Source of the DNA: an uncultured Acidobacteriota bacterium
GTDB lineage: Bacteria > Acidobacteriota > Vicinamibacteria > Marinacidobacterales > DATDRI01
DNA: 64,000 bases
Reading direction: 5' to 3'
Assembly: GCA_963722765.1 (NCBI GenBank)
Contig: CAVROO010000016.1
Coordinates: forward strand, 123,075-187,074
Positions within the stretch are counted from its first letter, which is position 1. Each line of letters begins with the position of its first letter. Made by a program: the position numbers and the translations under genes. The notes under the pieces were generated by a model. It worked only from the letters and a program-made list of their open reading frames with translations, ran no database searches and was not told the DNA's origin. Positions 11,024 through 23,740 of the stretch are shown here, piece after piece.

Positions 11024-11109
11024 TGGCGGAGGGAGAGGGATTCGAACCCCCGGACCTCTCGGTCTGCGGTTTTCAAGACCGCCGCCTTAAGCCTCTCGGC
11101 CATCCCTCC
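11024..11109 (-). tRNA. tRNA-Ser(TGA)
   Basis: GGAGGGATGGCCGAGAGGCTTAAGGCGGCGGTCT-TGA-AAACCGC, variable arm, GGTTCGAATCC, CCA end. Confidence 0.95.
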
Positions 11110-11451
11110 GCTGTCCGAAACATTGTAGGCTGACATTTCCTTTTTGTCGAAGGACTGGCATTTTCGCTCGCCCGAGCGGTATCATGTTTTCAATGGCTTA
11201 ATGGCTACGCCATGTAGGGTTTTCCTCTCCCTCCAGCCTGAGGGTTAAAACCTACGAAATCAGCGTGCATTGCTGTTTGATTGCGCGGCGTAGCGTAAGT
11301 CTAATTATAAGAATGAAATAGCTTGGCACAGCAGCCGCCTACCGCCGGCGGTCCTCGAGCTGCTTTGAGCACGGTTCTTGCACTTCCAAACCGTGTCCCG
11401 CCGTGTGTGGTCGCGGCAGGTCAATCTCAGTGCAAACGACACGAGGCGAAG

Positions 11452-12785
11452 TTGATTTCACACTCTGAAGCGTTACCTTACCGGGAACGACTCGAAGAGC
11501 TTTTGATGGTGCTCGTCCGACAGGGAAGTCTCGGGGTTCTCCTCATTGACCTCTCCCACCTCAGCCAGGTCGAAAGAATTTATGGCTCGAAAGCCTTCGA
11601 GAAGGTACTCGGCTCGGCATGCGATCTCATCATCAGCTTCAGGGATCGGACATCCGCGCCAGCGACATTTTGGCGACCAGCGACATAGGCGACGATTGTT
11701 TTTTAGTTTTTCTGTCTCCTCGACGCTCCGGAAAGCCGGCTCGCCTGTCGCAACTCAGACCGCCGCGACTCGGATCGAGAATAAACTCAATGTCAATTTG
11801 GGGCGACATGCCTCCAAATATTTGCGACAGCGTCCCAACGTTACCGTCGGCTTCGCTCTGATTCTGAACAATCCATTGGTGCATGCCGGAACGTCTCGTG
11901 GGCCGCCTCGTGGAAGACGCCCGCGAGTGCGTTCGCTACAAACGGATGCACCATCAGTTTCAAACGCGTTTCCGGCTTCAAGAGATCCTCATCAACGAAG
12001 ATATCAAGACCGTCTTTCAACCCATCGTGGAACTGAGATCCGAAAAGACACTCGGCTACGAAGCTTTGAGCCGTGGCCCGAAAGGCGACGTCCTCCAAAG
12101 CCCGCTCAATCTCTTTGAAGCGGCGATCGAGCTCGACCTCGTTTTCGAACTGGATCGGGTGTGCCGGCAGAGGGCGCTCGCGAGCTCCCGCGATCTGCCC
12201 GAGGCCGCCAAGCTTTTCGTCAATGTGATGCCTCCGACTCTATTCGACCCCGACTTCCAAGGCGCCAGCCTCATTCAGTTCTTGGATGAGCTGAACATCT
12301 CGCCCAAGCAAGTCGTGTTCGAGCTGACGGAAAAGCTCGCCATCGAGAACTACGGCCTTTTCGCCGACGCCATCCGTAACTTCACACAGATGGGATTCGC
12401 CATCGCCGTCGATGATATCGGCGCGGGGCATTCCGGTCTCGAAAAAATAGCGCACCTCCATCCCCGTTATTTGAAGTTCGACATCGACCTCATCCGAGGT
12501 ATCGATACGAGCTTCGTCCGTCGTGAGATCGTTTCCGCGCTCAAGAGTCTGGCCGACAAGATGGACTCCGAGATCATCGCTGAGGGGATCGAGCGGCAGG
12601 AAGAATTCGATACGTTGCTCGAGCTGGGGATCGAGCTCGGCCAAGGGTATCTGTTGGGTCGGCCGGCGCCGTTCTTCGGGCGCGAACCGCAGGCGTCTTC
12701 ATCGGGAGATACGGAGGACGCCGGAGAGATCGTGGTACCGATCGAGATCGGCGACGCGGGTGCCTCCGGGCTGACGCCCACATAA
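11452..12785 (+). CDS. EAL c-di-GMP phosphodiesterase with degenerate N-terminal GGDEF-like domain (about 3 indels between 11640 and 11885)
   Basis: FQPIV..GYEALSRGP, LFVNV, VFELTE, AVDDIGAG, LKFD, AEGIE, GQGYLLGRP; upstream frames give GVLLIDL...YGSKAFEKVL and IGDDCFLVFL. Confidence 0.83.
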
Positions 12786-12861
12786 CCGCATTTCGGCGAT
12801 CCCGAACGAGTCTTCGAGGATGGTCGCCTCCCTAAATTGTGACCCCTTAATGAATGGGTTT

Positions 12862-14386
<1,525 letters not shown>

Positions 14387-14641
14387 TCATGTTAGCGCTG
14401 TTCCCCCCAAAAAAACAGCCAGAGCCCTAAGAAAACGGCATTGACCGCTCGGGACGCTTGCCTTACGATAAAAGTATCGCTCTGGTCCATTTTCCGTTCT
14501 GTCAAAAGCGTGGTGTATCGCGAACGCTCCTCTGGGTCCGGTTGCCGTGCGACGGGTCCCGATGAAAACGTGCATTAGGTAAATAGTTGTTTATTAACCG
14601 GTTTTGCGGACGAGCTTTGTTGAATCCACCCGACGTCCGAG

Positions 14642-14657
14642 TGGCACGGATTCTGTA
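14642..14657 (+). promoter_or_regulatory. Possible sigma54 (-24/-12) promoter upstream of the kinase gene
   Basis: TGGCACG-GATT-CTGTA: perfect -24, imperfect -12; IHF-like tract at 14580-14592. Confidence 0.4.
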
Positions 14658-14685
14658 TCCGCGAACGTAAACTGCGAGTCAAGAA

Positions 14686-17065
14686 GTGCATTCACAGATT
14701 CTGGACTACGTAACGCCGTACCTGAGCTGGCAGTACGGCAGGATCGCTTTGGGGATTTTTGTCCTTTTGTGGGTGGCTCGTTTTGTGCTCCACCGCTCCG
14801 ACGGGGTGCGCACCGGAGTCGGTTCACTCCTGGAACCGTTCATAGGGACTCACAAGAAGGTCTTCGAAGCCAAGCGGGCCGAAAGCGGCAAGGACTGGTC
14901 TCGGGCGGGCCATCTTTATGAGCAGGCGGGCGAGCTGGAAAAGGCCATCGATTGCTTCGAGAAAGCCGAAGAGTATCCCATGTGCGGTGAGCTCTGCATT
15001 CGAATGGGGCGAAAAGACTATGCCGCCGAGTGGTTTCTTCTGGCGGGAGAAAAAAAACGAGCCGCGGGTTTGTTAAAGGAAATAGGACAACACGACCGCG
15101 CCGCCGAGGTCTTGATCGAAGCCGGGTCCACGTTGGATGCAGCTTCAGCATTGCTCAAGTCGGGTCAGTTTGCGAAAGCCGGTGAGATCTTCGAGTCGAG
15201 CGGAAACTACGTCAAGGCGGGAGAAGCTTTCGAGCGTGGAAAAGACTATAACCGCGCCGCGGCGAGTTTTTCTCGCCAGGTGAACGAGTTGGGCGGTTTG
15301 GACGGCCGATATGTCGGTGCACGGGAGCGCGCCGAATTGACGCTTCTCGCCCGTCGAGCTGCCAAGTGCTTCGAGCAAGCTGACAAACTGGACGCCGCGG
15401 TGAAGATTCTCGAAAGGGGTGGACTCTACGCCGAAGCAGCCGAGCAGGCTGCTAAACTCGAAGATTTTCGCCGCGCCGCCGAGCTTTTCCAAAGGGCGGG
15501 GCGAGTGCCCGAAGCCGCCGCGATGTACGAAAAGGCCGGCGACGCAAAGACCGCGGCGTCCCTCGTGGGCGATCAACAACTCACGGATGGTAACGCCGAG
15601 GCCGCCGCCGAATCTTTCGTCAAAAGCGGGGACCCCGTGCGGGCTGCGGAGCTGTTCGAGTCCATCGGCCAATACGGCCGGGCTTCGGAGTGCTACGAGT
15701 CGGTCGGCGCCTTTGCCCATGCGGCCGATGCTTCGTTGCGCGGCGATGCCAAGGAAAAGGCGGCGCACTACTTCGAGAGGGCCAAGCAGCTCGACCGGGC
15801 GGCGGAGATTCTGCAGCGAGCTCGGCGATTTCGAGAAGGCCTGCCGACTGTTTGCCGAGACGGGTCGCTTCTTCGATGCGGCCAAGGCGGCTGCTGAAGC
15901 GAACTCGGAACAGCTCATGCTGGACTATTTGCAGCGTGTCCCGTCCGATGACCCGAATTACCTCCAGGCGGTCGTCCATCTGGCACGAATCTTCACGAAT
16001 CGTGGATGGAGCTCGCTGGCCGTCGAGAAGCTCAAGACGGTGCTCGAGGGCCAGGCCCTTGGGGCCGACAATTTGGACCTCTGGTACGTGCTGGCGGAAT
16101 CCTACGAGGCGGAAGGCGAGTTGGCCGAGGCCGCTGAGCTCCTTCACAAGGTGATGGCCGTTCAATATAACTATCGAGACGCCGCCGAACGGCACAGTCG
16201 AATTCAACAAGCGATAGCAGAGCAAACCCGCCGCGCCGAGACCATTCAATCGCGGAAGGTTTCCCCCCCTGAGGGGCGCTACGTTATCGACAAGCTTTTG
16301 GGCAAAGGCGGAATGGGTTCGGTTTACAAAGCCTACGACCAGCTACTCAAGCGAGCCGTGGCCTACAAAGTTCTTTCCGATCAACTCGCGAAAAATCCCG
16401 CAGCCCGAGACCAATTGCTCCAGGAAGCGCGCGCTGCGGCAGCCCTCAACCATCCCAACGTGATCACCATTTTCGATATCGGCCTCGATGGGGAGCAGGC
16501 CTTCATTTGTATGGAGCTCGTTGAGGGACAAAGCTATTCCCACTTGATACGGGAAAAGAAGCAACTGACGGTTCCCGAGGCGATGCATTTCCTGGTCTCC
16601 GCTTGTCAAGGTCTGGACCACGCCCACCGAAAGGGCATCGTACATCGAGACATTAAACCGTCGAACATCCTGTTGACGTCCGAGAACGGCGTTAAGATTG
16701 TCGATTTCGGATTGGCCCAGCCCATCGAGGATCTCGAGTCCTCGGCGACCGGCTCGTCCTTATCGGGGACGCCTCAGTACCTACCGCCGGAGCAGGCTCG
16801 CGGCGAGGTTACCGACGCGCGTTCCGACATCTACGCGTTGGGGGCGACGCTCTACCACATGCTGGTGGGTCACGCCGTCTTCACGCAAGGGAACTTGATC
16901 AAGCATCATCTCTACACGCCACCGCCACCCCTCAGGAAGGAAAAACCCGATATTCCCGCCGAGCTCGAAGAGCTCGTGCTCCTGTGCCTCGCCAAACAAC
17001 CTGCGGAGCGTTATCAGTCGGCCGGCGAAATCGTTTCTTTCGCTTCAGCAGCGCGATTGCTTTAA
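14686..17065 (+). CDS. Membrane-anchored Ser/Thr protein kinase with long alpha-solenoid/TPR region (indel near 15810)
   Basis: N-terminal TM; repeated A..FE.AG units; C-terminal Hanks kinase LGKGGMG, AYKVL, HRDIKPSN, DFG, GTPQYLPPE, SDIYALG. Confidence 0.9.
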
Positions 17066-17272
17066 ATCCGCTCAACGCAAAGGCGCAGAGACGCAAAGAC
17101 GCAGAGTGGAAATTTAGACCTTCTGAGTAAATCCGGATGACGGCGACGCCCTAACTTGCGTTCTGCTAGTCCCGACGAAGGAGGGGCGGCCACTAACCTC
17201 GTACGAAGTGGAAGCCGCCCTCCTAATACCATTCTTGAGTTCTGAGTTCTGAGTTCTGAGTCCTTGAGTTCT
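17063..17272. repeat. Stack of repeat modules between the convergent kinase and xerC genes
   Basis: AACGCAAAGGCGCAGAGACGCAAAGACGCAGAG (17074-17106), GTAAATCCGGATGACGGCG, a GGGCGGC...GCCGCCC inverted pair and a (TTCTGAG)n tail. Confidence 0.7.
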
Positions 17273-17275
17273 CTA

Positions 17276-18178
17276 TTACGCTTTAGGATGCGTCTTTTCG
17301 TACACCTTCACAAGATGTTCCTTGGTGAGGTGCGTGTACTTTTGCGTCGTCGAGAGGCTCGAGTGACCGAGCAGCTCCTGAATCGAACGAAGATCCGCAC
17401 CGTGCTCGAGCAGGTGCGTAGCGAAAGCGTGCCGAAGGCTGTGGGGCGAAAGGCCGGTGCGGAGGCAAGTCTGATTGAAGTACTTTCGGGTCAGGCGGTG
17501 GATACTCCGCTCCGTCAGACGCTCTCCCCGGGCGTTTAAAAACAGGGCGTCGGTGCCGGAGCCCTTTTTTACCAAGGCGGGACGATCTCGAAGGTATCGT
17601 TCCAGAGCTTCCGCCGCCGGTTCTCCGAAGGGCACGATACGTTCCTTGCGTCCCTTGCCCAAGACGCGCACCAACATCTGGTCGAGATCGACGGAGGAAC
17701 GGTCTAGGCCGACCAGTTCGCTGACCCTCAGGCCTGTGGCATAGATGAGCTCCAGAATGGACCGGTCTCTTCGGCCCAGTGGCTTGGACGTATCGGGGCA
17801 TTCGAGGACGCGCTCGATTTCCGTGATCTCGAGGCGCGCCGGTAGTTTCTTTTCGAGGCGTGGTGTAAGGAGGCTGCGCGTCGGGTTGGTTTCGATCATG
17901 CTCTCCCGTATCAAGAACCGAAAAAACGTGCGGAGGGCGGCCAGCTTTCGGGCGATCGAGCTTCGTGCCGTACCGTGTTGGTGAAGGTGAGCAAGAAAAC
18001 TTCGGAGGGCAAGGGGGTCAACTTTTTTCGGGCGTACACGCTCTTCCCGAATGCCCCAATCTTCGGCGAGGAAACGGGTGAATTGTTCGATGTCGGACCG
18101 ATAGCTCTTCACCGTGTTCGGGGAAACGCCGCGGCGATGTTCGAGATCCTCCAGAAACTCGTGAAGCTCCCTAAGCAC
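17276..18178 (-). CDS. xerC: Tyrosine recombinase XerC
   Basis: SPNTVKSY, RDRSILELIYATGLRVSEL, GKGRKERIVP, SPHSLRHAFATHLL, LLGHSSLSTTQKYT; GTG start overlaps the trmFO stop; housekeeping topA-trmFO-xerC context. Confidence 0.9.
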   Translation of the reverse strand: MLRELHEFLEDLEHRRGVSPNTVKSYRSDIEQFTRFLAEDWGIREERVRPKKVDPLALRSFLAHLHQHGTARSSIARKLAALRTFFRFLIRESMIETNPTRSLLTPRLEKKLPARLEITEIERVLECPDTSKPLGRRDRSILELIYATGLRVSELVGLDRSSVDLDQMLVRVLGKGRKERIVPFGEPAAEALERYLRDRPALVKKGSGTDALFLNARGERLTERSIHRLTRKYFNQTCLRTGLSPHSLRHAFATHLLEHGADLRSIQELLGHSSLSTTQKYTHLTKEHLVKVYEKTHPKA

Positions 18179-19551
18179 GCGATGCTCGCTTGTCGGCCCC
18201 CACTCCGGGAGGCGAGATCGATTCCGGAACGGTTTTGCCTTGCTCTTCGTTGGACTTTTCAAAGAGGGCGATATCTACGAGAGCTCGTTCGACTAGAGCG
18301 TTGTTTCTGTCTTTCTTGTTGCGTATACGCTGCTCGAGGGGAGGCAGCAGTCCAAAGGAAATGTTGGAGGGCTGGTAGCTTGCGGGGTCCGAGTACGAAA
18401 TATAGAAAGTCAACGAGCCCAGCGCCGTCGTGCGGGGAGGCGAAACGAGCTTCGAGACCTTTCGTGAGGCGCGCCGCGTTGATGCCTGCCAATAGCCCCG
18501 CCGCCGCCGACTCCGTGTATCCCTCGACTCCGGAAAGTTGACCGGCGAAAAAAAGATCAAGACGCCGCCGGGTCTGGAGAGTCGGACGCAACACCGCGGG
18601 AGCGTTGATGTAAGTGTTTCGATGAATCATTCCATAGCGGGCAAACTCGGCATGGTCGAGGCCGGGAATGAGACGGAGCAATCGCTTCTGCTCGCCCCAT
18701 CGAAGCTGATTCTGGAATCCGACGATGTTGTAAAGGCTTGCGGCCAGATTGTCCTGTCGAAGTTGGACGGCGGCGAAAGGTTGCTTATTGGTCCGCGGGT
18801 CCACCAGACCTACAGGCTTCATGGGGCCGAAGCGTAACGTGTCGTAGCCGCGGCGCGCCATCACCTCGATGGGAAGACAGCTTTCAAAAAAGAGCTTTTT
18901 ATCGATGTCATGGAGGTCAACCGTCGCCGCCGAAACGAGGGTTTCATAGAACCGTCGGTACTCTTCCTCGTTCATCGGGCAATTGATATAGTCGTCTCCT
19001 CCCTTGCCGTACCGGGAGGCTCGAAAGGCTGTGGTCATGTCGATGCTTTCGGCTTCGACTACGGGGCTGATGGCGTCGTAAAAGTAAAGGAGGTCCTTTC
19101 CGATGAAGGACTGGATGGATGTCGAAAGCGACTCCGAGGTTAGCGGACCCGACGCGACAACGACGATGCCGTCTTCGGGAAGGTCGGGGACTTCCCCGCG
19201 GATGAGAGTGATCCGAGGATGTTCGGATACGAAATTCGTCACGCGCGGACGCAAAAGCGTCGCGATCGACGGCCATCGCCTGTCCGGCTGGGATCCGGGC
19301 TCGTTCGGCGGCATCCATGATGAGTGAGCCCAGTCGCCGCATTTCTTCCTTGAGCAGGCCGTGGGCGGTTGTCGTGGCGTTCGAGCGCAGGGAATTGCTG
19401 CAGACGAGCTCGGCCAATCGGTCCGTGACGTGTACGGGAGTCGGCCGGTGGGGCCTCATTTCGTAGAGGTGACGGGAACTCCGCGCCGGGCGATTTGCCA
19501 CGCCGCTTCCGCCCCCGCCAGCCCCCCACCGATGACGGTTACTTTTTTCAT
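18171..19551 (-). CDS. trmFO: tRNA (uracil-5)-methyltransferase TrmFO/Gid (several indels)
   Basis: [64 protein letters not shown], spread over three frames. Confidence 0.9.
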
Positions 19552-19610
19552 GACAAGCGGTTTCTTCGGGGATTATACCGCGGAGCTGCAGACCGGGCTC
19601 GGGCAGGGGC

Positions 19611-19735
19611 ACCCGCCTTCGCCAAGGCTACGGCGGGCACGTCGGGCTCGGATAGTAAATCTTGATGGCGACGGCGATCATCGAGCCGTCCTCAAATTCC
19701 CTTCTGTATTCTGTATTCTGTATTCTGACTTCTGA
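19611..19735. repeat. REP-like palindrome plus composite element with (TTCTGTA)n tail
   Basis: CCCGCC-TTCGCCAAGGCTAC-GGCGGG, then AGTAAATCTTGATGGCGACGGCG...GAGCCGTC and heptamer repeats ending at the topA stop. Confidence 0.75.
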
Positions 19736-22183
19736 TTAGGCCGGTACTTCTTCCTTCGTCTTCTTATACTTACATTCCTCTTGCATACAGGCGAGGTAGT
19801 CACCGGTTTTCTTCGAGGTCTTCTCGACGAGGATGGGATGTCCACATTCCGGGCAGGGTTCAGCCACAGGTTTGTACCATGTGGTGAACTTGCAGTCGGG
19901 GTATTTACTGCAACCGTAAAACAATTTGCCGCGCTTCGAGCGGCGCTCCACGACCTGACCGCTGCAGCCTTCGTTCGGGCAACTGACGCCGAGCTCTTTC
20001 TGTTTGATGAACTTGCACTTCGGATAGCTGCTGCATGCGGTGAACTCACCGAATCGACCATGCTTGATGACGAGCTGGCTGTCGCATTTGGGACATTTGT
20101 CTTCGAGGAGCACGTCCGGTTTCGTAGCTACGCTGCCGTCTTTCCCGCGAAGGATGCGGCGGGTGTTACGACAGTCCGGGTATCCGGAGCAGGCGAGGAA
20201 TTGGCCATAGCGTCCCTTCTTGATGACCATGGGCTTGCTGCATTTTTCGCAGGTCTCACCTTCGAAGGCGTCGGAATCCGCGGAACCGTCGGCACCCTCT
20301 ACCTGGTAGTTTTTGATCTCTCGTGTGTTTCGGCAATCAGGATAGCCCGAGCAAGCCAAGAAATGTCCGAAACGACCCCACTTGATGACCATCTTGGACC
20401 CGCATTTGTCGCACACCTCATCGGTGGGGATCTCCTGGGTCTTGACGTTCGTCATGTTGGTCTGAGCACTGTCGAGATCCTTGCTGAACTTCTTGTAGAA
20501 ATCGTCGATGGTGGAGACATAATCCGCTCGGCCTTCTTCAATCTCGTCGAGCAGTTCCTCCATGCGGGCGGTGTATTGCACCTCCATGATATCGGCGAAG
20601 CTCTGCATGAGTAGATCGGTGACCAGGACACCCAGCTCGGTCGCCCAGAATTTCTTTTCCTTTTTTTGCACGTACTCCCGGTCTTGCAGAACCGAGAGAA
20701 TCGAAGCATAGGTGCTCGGGCGGCCGATCCCTTTTTCTTCGAGCTCCTTGACGAGCGTGGCCTCGGTAAATCGCGGTGGAGGTTGTGTGAAATGCTGCTC
20801 GGGGTTGAGGGCCTTCACCTCGAGCGTTTCACCTTCGGCAAGCGCGGGGAGCTGGCGGGATGTCTCGCCGTTCGTCTCGTCTCCCTCGGCGTTCTTTTTT
20901 GGGGCCGCCTCGTCCTTGCCTTCCTCGTAAATTGCTAGAAAGCCGCGAAATTTGAGAATCGAGCCACGCGCCCGAAGGTCGAAGCGTCCCGCTTTGATGT
21001 CCACCACGGTCTCATCGAAGACCGCCGCCGGCATCTGAGAGGCCACGAAGCGGTTCCAAATGAGCTTGTAGAGCCTGAGCTCGTCTCGGGAGAGATAGGA
21101 CTTCATGGTGTCGGGATCGCGGTATGAGGAAGAGGGGCGAATCGCCTCGTGCGCGTCTTGGGCGCCCTTCTTGCTCTTGTAGATGTTGGGCTTTTGGGGG
21201 AGCATGTCGTCCCCAAACCGCTCGCCGATGTAGCTTCTAACCTCGGTGATGGCCTCGTCGGCGACCCGGGTCGAGTCGGTTCGCATATAAGTGATGAGCC
21301 CCACCGGACCTTCGTCTCCGAGCTCGATTCCCTCATAGAGCTTTTGCGCAACCATCATCGTGCGCTTGGCAGTGAAACCGAGCTTGCGTGCCGCTTCTTG
21401 CTGGAGCTTGCTGGTGATGAACGGCGGGACCGGATTTCGCCGTCTTTGCTTGGCTGTGATCTTGTGGACTTCGAAGGGTAGCTTCTCGAGCTCCGTGACG
21501 ACTGCCGTCGTTTGTTTTTCATTCTTGAGATCGACGGCCTTTCCGTCGATCTTGGCGAGCTTGGCTTGGAACGGCGGAGGCTCCTTGCCGGCGAGATCGG
21601 TATGGATGGACCAGTACTCCTCGGTTTCGAACGCACTAATCTCGCGTTCCCGATCGCAAATAATGCGAAGAGCAACAGACTGAACCCGTCCCGCGGAAAG
21701 CCCACGACGAACCTTCTCCCAGAGCAGGGGAGACAGTTGGTAACCCACAAGTCGGTCCAGGACTCTCCGAGCCTGCTGCGCATCGACGAGGTTCTTGTCA
21801 ATGGTTCCGGGATGTTTGAACGCGTCTTGTACCGCCCGCTTGGTGATCTCGTTGAACATCACGCGATGGATGTTCTTCTTCGTCGTTTTCAACTCTTCGG
21901 CAAGGTGGAAGCAGATGGCTTCACCCTCCCGGTCCGGGTCGGGAGCCAGATAGACGTCGTCGACTTTTTTGGCTGCCTGCTTGATCTCCGTGAGGAGCTT
22001 CTTGCGATGGGGAATGACGACGTACTTCGGACTGAAGCCCTTCTCGACGTCCACGCCTAGTTTGCTCTTGGGTAGATCCCGCACGTGGCCCATGGAAGCG
22101 CGAACCAGGTAGCTCCTGCCCAGGAACTTATTGATGGTCTTCGCCTTGGCGGGCGACTCTACGATAACCAGTGCCTTTGCCAT
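19736..22183 (-). CDS. topA: DNA topoisomerase I with C-terminal zinc ribbons
   Basis: LVIVESPAKAKTI, DPDREGEAI, SAGRVQS, LITYMRTDS, GIGRPSTYA, repeated CxxC...GRFG.F.ACS.YP.C. Confidence 0.98.
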   Translation of the reverse strand: MAKALVIVESPAKAKTINKFLGRSYLVRASMGHVRDLPKSKLGVDVEKGFSPKYVVIPHRKKLLTEIKQAAKKVDDVYLAPDPDREGEAICFHLAEELKTTKKNIHRVMFNEITKRAVQDAFKHPGTIDKNLVDAQQARRVLDRLVGYQLSPLLWEKVRRGLSAGRVQSVALRIICDREREISAFETEEYWSIHTDLAGKEPPPFQAKLAKIDGKAVDLKNEKQTTAVVTELEKLPFEVHKITAKQRRRNPVPPFITSKLQQEAARKLGFTAKRTMMVAQKLYEGIELGDEGPVGLITYMRTDSTRVADEAITEVRSYIGERFGDDMLPQKPNIYKSKKGAQDAHEAIRPSSSYRDPDTMKSYLSRDELRLYKLIWNRFVASQMPAAVFDETVVDIKAGRFDLRARGSILKFRGFLAIYEEGKDEAAPKKNAEGDETNGETSRQLPALAEGETLEVKALNPEQHFTQPPPRFTEATLVKELEEKGIGRPSTYASILSVLQDREYVQKKEKKFWATELGVLVTDLLMQSFADIMEVQYTARMEELLDEIEEGRADYVSTIDDFYKKFSKDLDSAQTNMTNVKTQEIPTDEVCDKCGSKMVIKWGRFGHFLACSGYPDCRNTREIKNYQVEGADGSADSDAFEGETCEKCSKPMVIKKGRYGQFLACSGYPDCRNTRRILRGKDGSVATKPDVLLEDKCPKCDSQLVIKHGRFGEFTACSSYPKCKFIKQKELGVSCPNEGCSGQVVERRSKRGKLFYGCSKYPDCKFTTWYKPVAEPCPECGHPILVEKTSKKTGDYLACMQEECKYKKTKEEVPA

Positions 22184-22298
22184 GATCTTAGTGTAACTTC
22201 CTTTGCAAGCCCGATCCCGTATCGGGTCTGAGCGTCCTCAGAAAAGCTTCTCCGAGTGCGAGGCCGGAAATTATCCATACTTTGCTTCAAGATGCAAT

Positions 22299-23387
22299 CT
22301 AGCTCAGGGATCTAATTCCGTAAATACCACCAGGAAAACATCGGACCAGTCCTTTGATCTCGAGTCCCACCAGGGCCGAAGTGACACGATGAGGGGCCGT
22401 GGCCGTTCGTGCAATCAGCCGGTCGGCGTCGACGGGGCCGCCGGCGGCAAGCGCCTCGAATACGAGCTTCTCATCCGCCTCGAGACCCCGGGCCGGATTC
22501 GCACCGGCGCCCTCCGGTTTGAGCGTCGGCGAAAGCTTCTCGCGAAGGTCCGGCCGCAGCTCTTCGATGACGTCCTTCGCGTTCGTTACCAATTTTGCGC
22601 CGTCCTGGATCAGCCGATGGACCCCGGCACTGTTCCGCGAAGTAATGGGCCCAGGCACCGCAAATACCTCTCGATTTTCCTCGAGTGCGAGCCGAGCCGA
22701 AATAAGTGATCCGCTCTTTTCCGCGGCCTCTATGACGAGCGTACCCACGGCGAGCCCCGATACAATCCGATTTCTCCGGGGAAAGTGGCCGGGAAGCGGT
22801 GGGCTCGCCAAGGGCAGCTCCGACACCACCGCACCCGACCGCGCGATACGCTCTGCTAAAAGCCGATGCTCTCTAGGATAAACGACGTCGAGCCCGGATC
22901 CTAATACAGCGATAGTACGTCCCCCCGCTTCGAGAGCAGCTCGGTGAGCGACGGCGTCGATCCCGCGTGCAAGCCCGCTGACAATGGTGATACCCCTGCC
23001 GGCCAAATCGCCGCTCAAATGTTCTGCCACCTCGATTCCGTACGGAGTTGCTCGTCGCGAACCCACGATCGCCAGCGAAATCAGGTCTTGCGGTTCCAAG
23101 CTTCCTCGAACGTGGAGCACCAGCGGCGGGTCGGTGCATGCTTCGAGAAGAGCCGGGTAGTCGGGGCTCTCCCAAGTAATGACGCGGCTTCCCGAGCGCC
23201 GACACCCGAGCAAATCTCGCTCGGCTCTGCGGTGGAGGTCGAGGGACAGTCCTCCCGGGAATCCCTCCGCCGCCTGTCGGCACGATCCGGCCTGACGCAC
23301 GAGCAAGACCTTTTGGTATGACGGAACCCCGGGTGCCATGGATAGGGCCAGGGCTGCTAGGACCTCTTCGTCGTCGTTTTTGTTCAT
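22299..23387 (-). CDS. dprA: DNA-processing protein DprA
   Basis: AIVGSRRATPYG, IVSGLARGIDAVAH, FPRRNRIVSG, VIEAAEKSGSLISA, VFAVPG; ATG at 23387 chosen as start. Confidence 0.93.
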   Translation of the reverse strand: MNKNDDEEVLAALALSMAPGVPSYQKVLLVRQAGSCRQAAEGFPGGLSLDLHRRAERDLLGCRRSGSRVITWESPDYPALLEACTDPPLVLHVRGSLEPQDLISLAIVGSRRATPYGIEVAEHLSGDLAGRGITIVSGLARGIDAVAHRAALEAGGRTIAVLGSGLDVVYPREHRLLAERIARSGAVVSELPLASPPLPGHFPRRNRIVSGLAVGTLVIEAAEKSGSLISARLALEENREVFAVPGPITSRNSAGVHRLIQDGAKLVTNAKDVIEELRPDLREKLSPTLKPEGAGANPARGLEADEKLVFEALAAGGPVDADRLIARTATAPHRVTSALVGLEIKGLVRCFPGGIYGIRSLS

Positions 23388-23444
23388 TGAACACCTGCAA
23401 AATTTTCGGCAGCGGGCACCTGCCTTCGCCACCCGGACCGCCGA

Positions 23445-23474
23445 CTTGTCCGCCGTAGCCTTGGCGTAGGCGGA
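23445..23474. repeat. REP-like palindrome (TCCGCC-GTAGCCTTGGCGTA-GGCGGA)
   Basis: Same family as the copies at 19611 and 40749-40810. Confidence 0.75.
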
Positions 23475-23740
23475 AGGCTTCCGTCTCCGATCTGCAATTT
23501 CGTAAGGTTCCTTACACGGATTCCCCCGTCGGCTCGCTAGAATGAGGTCACGAGCAGCGACGTCTAGATATAGACGACGAAACCCGAGGAAGTCCTCCTT
23601 TAGAGGCCTCGGGAAAGGAGTTGACGGTGTCGAGATTGCTTGCGTGGTACTGGGGCCTGAGATAACATACACTAGCCGCCTTGTTCATGATGAGGGCGGC
23701 TATTTCTTTCAAAGCCAGCGGGGAAGGCAACAAACCGTAC

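Noticed and set aside
5514-11109. Genomic island bounded by att repeats at the two tRNA-Ser 3' ends
   Set aside because: The similarity is just that of two complete tRNA-Ser genes; there is no partial duplicated 3' end and no adjacent integrase.
17232-17272. Tandem 7/8-bp repeats as a possible CRISPR array
   Set aside because: Units are far too short, there are no unique spacers, and no cas genes are present.
17276-18178. Tyrosine recombinase as a phage or integron integrase
   Set aside because: It has XerC length and motifs, sits in the housekeeping dprA-topA-trmFO-xerC context, lacks the IntI extra domain, and no phage genes or attC-type GTTRRRY/RYYYAAC arrays are seen.
23388-23672. 95-aa N-terminal extension of DprA in the ORF track
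   Set aside because: It translates a REP-like palindrome (SAYAKATADK) and divergent promoter DNA; the ATG at 23387 gives a normal DprA.
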